This document shows positions 55,807 through 63,047 of a stretch of 64,000 nt of DNA, in pieces. The stretch is taken from assembly GCA_965261085.1 (NCBI GenBank), contig OZ253442.1:2022920-2086919 (forward strand), written 5' to 3'. Position numbers and translations under genes: made by a program. This DNA is from a bacterium (GTDB lineage Bacteria > UBA8248). Within the stretch, counting starts at the first letter, position 1, and each line of letters opens with the position of its first letter. The notes under the pieces were generated by a model. It was not told where the DNA came from and made no database searches. It saw only the letters and a list, made by a program, of their open reading frames with translations.

Positions 55807-56685
55807 GTGAGCCTGGAAATAATGCCGCTCATGTTCACGCAGGCCGTCATCAGCGGCATGTTGATGGGCGCGGTCTACGCCCTCCTCGCCCTCGGCCTCA
55901 CGATGGTCTTCGGCGTCATGCGCGTCATCAACATCTCACACGGCGAGATGCTCATGCTGGGAGCCTACGTGAGCTTCTGGCTCTTTCACCAGTTCGGCCT
56001 GAGTCCCCTGCTGGCCATACTGGTCGCCGCCCCGCTCATGTTCGCCGTCGGGGCGCTCATCGAAAAGGGGATCATCGAAAAAGTCGTCGAGGACATCGAG
56101 ACGAACTCCCTCCTCGTCACCTTCGGGGTCTCCATCTGCATCGTGAACATAACCATCTGGCTGTGGACCACCGACTTCAAGGCCATCCCCTACCTCTCGG
56201 GCTCTTGGTTCTACGGCTCGCTGGTGTTTCCAAAACCCCGCTTGGTGGGCGCGGCCTTCGCCCTCGCGCTGACGGCGCTCGTCTACTTTTTTCTCAAATT
56301 CTCCCGCCTCGGCAAGGCCATCCGCGCCACGGCCGGCAGCCACGATCTGGCGGCCACCTGCGGCATTCACGTCAAGCGCATCTACTTCGTCACCTTCGGC
56401 CTGGCGAGCGCGATGGGCGGAGCCGCGGGCGTGCTGGCGAGCATCATGTTCGCCATCTACCCCGAGATGGGCGAATCGTTCCTCATGCGCTCGTTCACCG
56501 TCATCGTGCTCGGGGGGATGGGCCACGTCATGGGGGCGGTGCTCGGCGGGATGGTTTTGGGGCTGGCGGAGGGCATCGGCAGCCTCTATCTCAGCGGAGA
56601 GGGCGGGGGAGCCATCTCGTTCGCCATTTTACTGCTCATCCTCATCTTTCGCCCTTCCGGCCTCCTGGGCCGGCGGGAGGAATGA
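55807..56685 (+). CDS. LivH-type ABC permease
   Basis: NGxxxGxxYALLALG-like N-terminus and MGHVMGAVLGG C-terminal motif. Confidence 0.8.
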   Translation: MSLEIMPLMFTQAVISGMLMGAVYALLALGLTMVFGVMRVINISHGEMLMLGAYVSFWLFHQFGLSPLLAILVAAPLMFAVGALIEKGIIEKVVEDIETNSLLVTFGVSICIVNITIWLWTTDFKAIPYLSGSWFYGSLVFPKPRLVGAAFALALTALVYFFLKFSRLGKAIRATAGSHDLAATCGIHVKRIYFVTFGLASAMGGAAGVLASIMFAIYPEMGESFLMRSFTVIVLGGMGHVMGAVLGGMVLGLAEGIGSLYLSGEGGGAISFAILLLILIFRPSGLLGRREE

Positions 56686-56692
56686 AGCGCAA

Positions 56693-57619
56693 GTGAAAAA
56701 ATACGCCCTCATCATTCTCGTGCTGGCCGCGCTTTGTCTCTACCCCTACTTCATGGGGCCTTATTTCATATCCATGGCGCTTTTGATCTTCATGTACATC
56801 AGCCTCGCCGGAAGCTGGAACATCATCTCGGGCTTCGTGGGCTACGTCTCACTCGGCCACGCGGTGTTCTTCGGGGTCGGGGCGTATCTGGCGGCGCTCC
56901 AGATAACGAACTTCGGAACCCACTGGCTGCCGGCCTCCCTGCTCGCCGGCGTGGGGACGTCCCTGCTGGCGGTGCCCGTGGGGGCGCTCTGCCTGCGCCT
57001 CAGGGGGCCTTTTTTCGCCATCTTCATGCTCGGGCTGAACGAGCTGATGGCCATCGTCGCCTCGGTGTACGACAACATCACGGGCGGGGCGGAGGGGCTC
57101 TCCCTGCCCATCCTCCGGCAAATCATACCGCTCTACTTCGCGATGGGGCTCACGGCGCTCTCGGTTTTCCTCGTGATGCGGTGGCTCGAATCGAGCCGCT
57201 TCGGCCTGAGGCTCCTCTCGATTCGCGAGGACGAGACGGCGGCGGATACGCTGGGGACGAACACGACCCTCTACAAGCTGGTCGCCTTCATCATGAGCGC
57301 GTTCTTCCCGGGCGTCGTGGGGGGGATTTACGCCCGCTACATCACGTATATCGACCCCGAGACGGTGTTCAACATCCTCTTCAGCGTCCAGATGGTGCTC
57401 ATGTGCATCCTGGGCGGGAGGGGGACGGCGTGGGGTCCCGTTATCGGGGCGACGGTGCTCTATCTCATTCTGGAATTCACCTGGGCGAATTTCCCCCACT
57501 TCCACAAGCTGGCGTCGGGGACCCTGATCGTCCTGATCATTCTCTACGCGCCTCGTGGGATCATGGGCTTTATCTACGGGAGGGGGCTCGCGCAGTTGCG
57601 GCCCTCATTCAAGAATTGA
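56693..57619 (+). CDS. LivM-type ABC permease
   Basis: SLGHAVFFGVGAY and REDETAA motifs. GTG start. Confidence 0.8.
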   Translation: MKKYALIILVLAALCLYPYFMGPYFISMALLIFMYISLAGSWNIISGFVGYVSLGHAVFFGVGAYLAALQITNFGTHWLPASLLAGVGTSLLAVPVGALCLRLRGPFFAIFMLGLNELMAIVASVYDNITGGAEGLSLPILRQIIPLYFAMGLTALSVFLVMRWLESSRFGLRLLSIREDETAADTLGTNTTLYKLVAFIMSAFFPGVVGGIYARYITYIDPETVFNILFSVQMVLMCILGGRGTAWGPVIGATVLYLILEFTWANFPHFHKLASGTLIVLIILYAPRGIMGFIYGRGLAQLRPSFKN

Positions 57620-57686
57620 CCCCCCACCGCATCAGCCTTCGCCCAAAACGCTCGGCTTCTGCGACTCCCCCTCAAGGGGGGAGTAA
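57617..57686. repeat. REP-like element type A
   Basis: Near-identical to 40530..40598 and 58983..59053. It ends in the ACTCCCCCTCAAGGGGGGAGT hairpin. Confidence 0.85.
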
Positions 57687-57775
57687 TTCTTCTCTCTCGT
57701 CGGTCGGCAATATTGCCCAAGGGGGGATTGATTCCAAAAAGGGGATGGGGCTCGTAAGGGCGCCGTAAGGTCGGC

Positions 57776-58738
57776 TTAATCGACGTAAATACAGGTTCCC
57801 GCCTCTCCGCGCAGGGCCGGGAGGGCATCTTCCAGGGCGGCGATGCAGATGCGCTTGCCTCCCCCTTCGAGAAAGCGGATCGCCGCCTCTATCTTGGGTC
57901 CCATGCTGCCGGGCGGGAAGTGGCCCTGGGCGTGATAATTCTTGATCTCGGATAGCGAAACTCTATCCAGTTCGCGCTGCTGCGGCGTGCCGAAGTGGAC
58001 GGCCACCCTGGGCACGGCCGTCAAGATCATCATGTCCTCTACGCCTAAGACGTTGGCCATGAGGGCGGAGGTCAAATCCTTGTCGATGACGGCGTCGAGC
58101 CCCCGACGCGCGCCGTCGGCCTCGCGCACGACGGGAATGCCCCCGCCGCCGCCCGCGATCACCACGGCGCCACTTTGCGCTATGGCCTGGATGAGCGAGA
58201 TGTCCACGATGTGTTTAGGCCTGGGGGAGGCGACCACGTGCCGCCAGCCGCGGCCCGAGTCCTCGCGCATCGTCCAGCCCATCTCCTTCTCATACCGCCT
58301 GGCTTCTTCTTCCGTGTAGGTGTAGCCCACGAACTTCGTCGGCGCGTCGAAGGCCGGATCGTCGGGGTCGACCTCGACCTGGGTCAGGAGGCAAACCACG
58401 TGGCGCGGGTCGCCCGCGCGCCTGAGCGCGTTCTCGAACGCCTGCATGAGCAGGTAGGCGATTCCCCCCTGGCTGTGAGCGACGCAGATGTCGAGCGTCA
58501 TCGGCGTCACCTGCTCGCTCGAAATCGCCTGTCGCATGAGGATTTTGCCCACGACGGGGCCGTTTCCGTGCGTGATGATGAGTTCGTTCTTGAGTTGTAG
58601 GAGGGGCAGCAGCGCGCGGCCCGTCGCCGCAGCGATGGCGGCCTGCTCCTCGGCGGTGCCGCGTATCTCGGGCGGATGGGTCGCGTTGCCGCCCACGGCG
58701 ACGAGGATGCGTTCGGGAAGTTCGGGCGGGGAGGCCAT
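57776..58738 (-). CDS. arcC: Carbamate kinase
   Basis: VGGNA, THGNGPVVG, GGGGGIPV, AVIDKD and GSMGPKIEAA motifs. Start trimmed to MASPPELP. Confidence 0.85.
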   Translation of the reverse strand: MASPPELPERILVAVGGNATHPPEIRGTAEEQAAIAAATGRALLPLLQLKNELIITHGNGPVVGKILMRQAISSEQVTPMTLDICVAHSQGGIAYLLMQAFENALRRAGDPRHVVCLLTQVEVDPDDPAFDAPTKFVGYTYTEEEARRYEKEMGWTMREDSGRGWRHVVASPRPKHIVDISLIQAIAQSGAVVIAGGGGGIPVVREADGARRGLDAVIDKDLTSALMANVLGVEDMMILTAVPRVAVHFGTPQQRELDRVSLSEIKNYHAQGHFPPGSMGPKIEAAIRFLEGGGKRICIAALEDALPALRGEAGTCIYVD

Positions 58739-58889
58739 CAGCGGTATCTCCCAATAAACCCCGGCCTTCGGAAGCGGCGGCATACAAATGCGGGTACAAG
58801 TCCCGCGCCGTCCTAAAAGCCGGGAGGAACATCTTACAACAAGCGGGGCGTTGTGGGGTAGAGAAATTTTTTGGGGGCAAGCACGACTG

Positions 58890-59290
58890 ATGAAGGAGCG
58901 ATTGCCGATTGAGGAAGGTATCGGTTCGCAACTCCTCGCTCCTTGCTCCTCGCTCGAAAGAATTCCTCCTTCATCAGTCGGAATTCACCCCCCACGCATC
59001 AGCCGTCGCACAAACCGCTCGGCTTCTGCTACTCCCCCTCAAGGGGGGAGTGATTTTGGAATTTTCCTTGTTGGGATTTGATCCGCTCGGTTGGAAACCC
59101 TCATTCTTTAATTGTCATTGACCCGCATTGGGAATCACTCCCCCCTTGAGGGGGAGTCAGTGAGGTAAGGGCGTAAGCCCGCAAGCGAACTGGTGGGGGG
59201 TGAATCGCGACCGAGAAGGGAGCGATTGCTCCTTTTCAAGTCAGGCAGCCCCTCCTTCATCAATCGGGTTTGGCCCACACCCCCCGTTCA
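58890..59290. repeat. Cluster of REP-like elements (types A and B plus CATCAGTCGG-type units)
   Basis: Type A at 58983..59053 and type B at 59137..59202, with flanking ~23-bp family units. Confidence 0.85.
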
Positions 59291-59347
59291 TCCATACTCA
59301 AGCGGCGGATGGCGACGCGTAAGTCGCGCGCGAGTCGAAATAAGGGC

Positions 59348-59380
59348 TTGACAAGAATGGAAAATTTACCGCATTATCCT
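59348..59380 (+). promoter_or_regulatory. Candidate sigma-70-like promoter of the lipoprotein leader
   Basis: TTGACA (59348..59353), then an 18-nt spacer, then CATTAT (59372..59377), in an AT-richer patch. Confidence 0.4.
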
Positions 59381-59553
59381 AATGCCGAGTAATTACACGA
59401 GAGCAGCCGCCCAAGGGACGCTCGCTGAATGCAGGACGGGCCTCATTCCAGAGGGCCGGAACGGGCGGGAACCACCTTGCGAAGTATGCACTCGCGTATG
59501 GCTTGGCGAAGCCCGGAAGACGACGACCCGGAAGGTTCCGGGCTTCAGTAGCA

Positions 59554-60152
59554 AATATCACGAGGCTAGAGGACTCGACTCATCATGAAGCATGCCGCAA
59601 ATCCCTCTCCAGTCTCGTGAATCAGTCAATCAGACGGCCCGGAGTTTTTCGTTCGCGCAAGCGGAGGCGCTCCGGCGCAGGGAAAGACGGTAAGCCCGGC
59701 GGGAGCCGGAGAAGCAGTAAATCACGAGGCTAGGCCAGAGGACTCGACCCGCGATGAAGCACGCCACGAATCCCCCTACCAGTCTCGTGAATTCACAGGC
59801 CATCGGCCCGGAGGCCCGGTTTCGCGCAAGCGGCGGCCCGGCCCCGGGAAAGATTGAAACCCGGGCAACGCCCGGATAAGGAGAATCGAAATTTCGGCTC
59901 GGGCCGGAGCGGTTTCATATCACGAGGCTGGAGGACTCAAACCATGATGATTCCTGAAAAGACTCCCACGCTAGTCTCGTGGATAAGCCGGCAACCGGCC
60001 CGGACTCGGCTGTCCGGGCCGGGGGCCTCGCGCTCCGGCGCCTGCCTGAAACGAATAAAAGCCCGATAACGGATGAAAGTCGGAAAGACAAACAGAAAGG
60101 AGGTTGGTTAAATCCAGACACTTCGGTTTTGTAGTAGCCAAAGTTCTTTAAT
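59554..60152 (+). repeat. Three tandem leader repeats (164, 198 and 237 nt), each with an ATCACGAGGCT-GAGGACTC box and a complementary AGTCTCGTG
   Basis: The boxes are at 59554, 59718 and 59916. A fourth half-unit at 60153 runs into the lipoprotein start. The 9-bp helix CACGAGGCT/AGTCTCGTG is present in each full unit. Confidence 0.85.
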
Positions 60153-60181
60153 AATATCACGAGACTAGGAGGACTCAAAAA

Positions 60182-61714
60182 GTGATGAAACTCACCAGTA
60201 ATAAAATCTTTTCATTCATGCTGGCGGCGGTGTTTGCGCTGACGCTCGCCGGCTGCGGCGGCGGCGGCGGCGGTACGGCTGCGGTGGATCCGGATCCTCC
60301 GGTGGTGACGCCGGAGCCTACCCCGCAGGAGATGTGCGCGGCGGATGGCGGGCGGTTTGAAGACGACGGGTCGTGCACCTCGGCCGCCGATCTCGAGACA
60401 GAACGTATAGCGGCGGAGGAGGCGGCAGCGGACAAAGTAGCAGATGCTACGAAATCGGCCGGTACGAAAGAAGAGGCCATCGGCGACGAGGCCGAAAGCG
60501 ACGGTGCTGGCGGTCTCGGCGGCGCTACCGCTACTGCTCTCGACATCGAACACAAAGACGGCGCTGTGTCGATCGCGGTCAGCAGAGGCACCGGCGATGA
60601 TAAGGTGGATTTCATGTCGGCCATGGATCTGACCGGCGTGGATGGCAGCACAGGCAGCATGAACTTGCTCGGCCCCAATGATGACGACGTGACGGAAATC
60701 GCTATCGTCTACACCGACATCGACACGCCCACGCCCACGAAGTTCGGGGATGAGGGCACGGATGTCACGCTGAACGCCAACCCTAAAACCACTAACGGCG
60801 AAGACTTCCAATCTGTCACTATCATCAATGATGATTTGGCGAAGATAGCGACGGATGGCATTACCGCTACAGGTGCTGGTGAGATCACTGTCCTGGCGGC
60901 AGTCGAGGACAACGACCAAACGGCGGATGTGGATGAGACCGTTGCGGCGTTTGAAACCGATGCCACCTTCGACGGCGCGGATGGCAAATTGAAGTGCGCC
61001 CGCGACACCAACTGCATGGTCACGCTCGACGCGGACGGCAAGATAACTGATTTCAGCGCCGGATGGGAGTTCACACCCGCCGATGGCGCTAAGATCGACG
61101 TGGAGGACACTGACTACCTCTGGTACGGCGCCTGGCTGATGAAGACGGCGCAAGATGATGGCTCGGATGAATACAACCAGGTCGAGACCTTCGCGGATTC
61201 GACGCTTGTTGAGGCGAACAACGTTGGTAATGTCGATGGCAGCGCGGAATATAAAGGCGGCGCGGCAGGCGTGTACGTGAGAAACGTGTACGTACCATCA
61301 ACTACGGGTGAGCAGAAACTCGACTATGCCAACTCCGGCCACTTCACGGCGAACGTCAATTTGACGGCGACCTTCGGTCAGATGAACGCAGAGGGTTGTA
61401 CTGGTGCTAACTGCGGCACCATCGCTCCCAACTTGATCAACACCGTAAGCGGAACCATCGACAACTTCAGCTTGTCCGGCGGCGAGGATGCGAGCGGCTG
61501 GGGCGTGGATGTGGCAGCCGGTATCAACGGCGCTGATCTTGAGAACGGAACGGCCAAGGGCGGTGGAGGTGATGATGGGTCGATTTCCGGAAACTTCCGC
61601 GGTACCGATACCGATGATGACGGTGCCATCGCGCCGAAAGCTCTGGTCGGCGAGTTCAACGCCGAGTTCACGAACGGCTCCGTGGCCGGTGGTTACGGTG
61701 CGAGAAGGCAGTAG
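60182..61714 (+). CDS. Lipoprotein with poly-Gly linker and TbpB/fHbp-like C-terminal barrel signature
   Basis: Signal peptide with lipobox LAGC followed by GGGGGG. The C-terminus is ISGNFRGTD...ALVGEFNAEFTNGSVAGGYGARRQ. The SD AGGAGGA is at 60166..60172. Confidence 0.75.
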   Translation: MMKLTSNKIFSFMLAAVFALTLAGCGGGGGGTAAVDPDPPVVTPEPTPQEMCAADGGRFEDDGSCTSAADLETERIAAEEAAADKVADATKSAGTKEEAIGDEAESDGAGGLGGATATALDIEHKDGAVSIAVSRGTGDDKVDFMSAMDLTGVDGSTGSMNLLGPNDDDVTEIAIVYTDIDTPTPTKFGDEGTDVTLNANPKTTNGEDFQSVTIINDDLAKIATDGITATGAGEITVLAAVEDNDQTADVDETVAAFETDATFDGADGKLKCARDTNCMVTLDADGKITDFSAGWEFTPADGAKIDVEDTDYLWYGAWLMKTAQDDGSDEYNQVETFADSTLVEANNVGNVDGSAEYKGGAAGVYVRNVYVPSTTGEQKLDYANSGHFTANVNLTATFGQMNAEGCTGANCGTIAPNLINTVSGTIDNFSLSGGEDASGWGVDVAAGINGADLENGTAKGGGGDDGSISGNFRGTDTDDDGAIAPKALVGEFNAEFTNGSVAGGYGARRQ

Positions 61715-61828
61715 AAACAGAACAGAGCAAGACGCCTGTGGTCTCGGGGCTTGACGATGAGCCCCGGGGCCGGGGCGAACCTAACAAGAAAGAAAAGGGG
61801 ATTGCAAAGCAAGGCGAGTGACGCATTT

Positions 61829-61935
61829 TGGGGGTTACTCATTGGTTGCTCTCTATCGTCGGGAGCAAATTTACCGACCCATGCTACAGAGTTTGAGTCC
61901 TCTCGGTGTGGGGAGGGAATAATGAGTAACCCCCA
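61829..61935 (+). ncRNA. Candidate structured RNA in the lipoprotein 3' region
   Basis: A perfect 15-bp long-range helix (TGGGGGTTACTCATT / AATGAGTAACCCCCA) encloses nested helices (TTGCTC/GAGCAA, ACCGA/TCGGT). A terminator follows ~60 nt later. Confidence 0.35.
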
Positions 61936-61996
61936 CCTCTTCGCTATACCCGGTTTCCCCAAGTTTGGCAAGCTCAGGTTGGATTGATTCACAGAG

Positions 61997-62029
61997 GCGG
62001 TCCCGAGAGAAGGGGCCGCCTTTTGTTTT
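61997..62029 (+). terminator. Rho-independent terminator
   Basis: GGCGGTCCC-GAGAGAA-GGGGCCGCC followed by TTTTGTTTT. Confidence 0.7.
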
Positions 62030-62086
62030 GGTGTGGGGAAGAATGCAAACGCTCCCGCATTGGTCTCGGCAAACGCTCCTTTCTCG

Positions 62087-62277
62087 GGGTTGTTGAAAAA
62101 GACCCCTTTTTAGAGACTAGAGGGGACACCCCTTTCGACTGGTAAAAGCAACCCCCCTGTCCCCCCTTGTCAGGGGGGCTTTTCTTCCACCCCCTCGTCG
62201 GGGGGCATCGCCTTTACCCCCCTGACAAGGGGGGACAGGGGGGTTGCTCCCTTGACAAAGGCTTTTTCAACAACCCC
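62087..62277. repeat. Nested ~190-bp palindromic element
   Basis: The outer arms GGGGTTGTTGAAAAAG (62087..) and its reverse complement (..62277) pair. The inner 31-bp arms 62148..62178 and 62217..62247 are perfectly complementary. The centre contains CCCCCTCGTCGGGGG. Confidence 0.85.
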
Positions 62278-62450
62278 TCTTCGGTCAGAATTGACCCTCA
62301 AGGGGGGAGTGAATTTCCTCTCTCATCAATCGGCAAACGCTCTCGCATTGGTCGCGTCAAACACTCATTCATCAATCGTGTTTGACCTTCATCGGTCGGA
62401 AGAATTCCACCCTGATCGGTCGCGTTTGCTCCTCATCGGTCGGAATTGAC
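62270..62450 (+). repeat. Tandem array (about seven units, ~23 bp) of the CATCGGTCGG-N-TTGAC repeat family
   Basis: Units include ctcttcggtcagaattgac, ctcatcaatcggcaaacgc, tcgcattggtcgcgtcaaacac, ttcatcaatcgtgtttgac, ttcatcggtcggaag..., ctgatcggtcgcgtttgc and ctcatcggtcggaattgac. Confidence 0.8.
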
Positions 62451-62522
62451 GAAGCGCGCGATCTGTTCATATAGTAATGGATGTCCCGAAGCGCCGGAGG
62501 ACCCGTCGCCAAGGAGAAACGC

Positions 62523-62768
62523 ATGACGACGTATGAATACCTGAACCTCACCGCCTCCTACGGCGGCCTTGCGCTGATCTGCTACGGCATCCGCGTCATG
62601 GCGAAGGGCGCCGAAATGCGCGCGACCGACTCCGAGCGCAAGCACGAGCAGGTGATGACCGCATCCGAGCGCAGGCACGAGGAGTCGATGACGTCCCTGC
62701 GCGAACTCATCGACGGGCAGGCGGAAAGCCGCATGGCCCTGCGCAAACTCATCGAGCGAACCGGATAG
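62523..62768 (+). CDS. Small membrane-anchored protein, paralogue of 53631..53909
   Basis: MTTYEYLNLTASYGGLALICYGIRVMAKGAEMRATDSERKH..., with only two charged repeats. Confidence 0.6.
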   Translation: MTTYEYLNLTASYGGLALICYGIRVMAKGAEMRATDSERKHEQVMTASERRHEESMTSLRELIDGQAESRMALRKLIERTG

Positions 62769-62951
62769 CGAACCACAAGGTCGTCATTCCGGCGCATGCC
62801 GGTGGCGACCGTGAGGTTGACCAGAACCAAAGTGGAACGTCCGGCGTCGGGCGTTTCTGCACCCCGGATAAAACGCTCCGGGATGACGAGCCAAACCTTT
62901 ATCCGCCGCAGCAAACTCTCTCGCGTTTGACGCGTTTGATCTCACTCGGTT

Positions 62952-62981
62952 CCCTGCCGGAACCGGCAGGGGGCTTTTTTT
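62952..62981 (+). terminator. Rho-independent terminator
   Basis: CCCTGCCGG-AA-CCGGCAGGG followed by GGCTTTTTTT. Confidence 0.7.
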
Positions 62982-63047
62982 GCTCGAACGCGAGTGAGGA
63001 GAGGGGGTCAATATGTTATTATAACGAGACCAGAGGGGACTCAAAAA

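Noticed and set aside
59394-59553. Similarity of the first leader segment to SRP RNA or a cobalamin riboswitch (CCGGAAGG..., GGGAAAGA...).
   Set aside because: The conserved SRP domain IV motifs and the B12 box (GCCACTG) are absent. The resemblance is limited to short GC-rich words.
61829-61935. tRNA-like element (7-bp GGGGTTA/TAACCCC ends and a TTTGAGT loop resembling a T-loop).
   Set aside because: At 107 nt it is too long. The putative T-arm is 17 nt away from the 3' acceptor strand. There is no canonical D-arm or anticodon arm.
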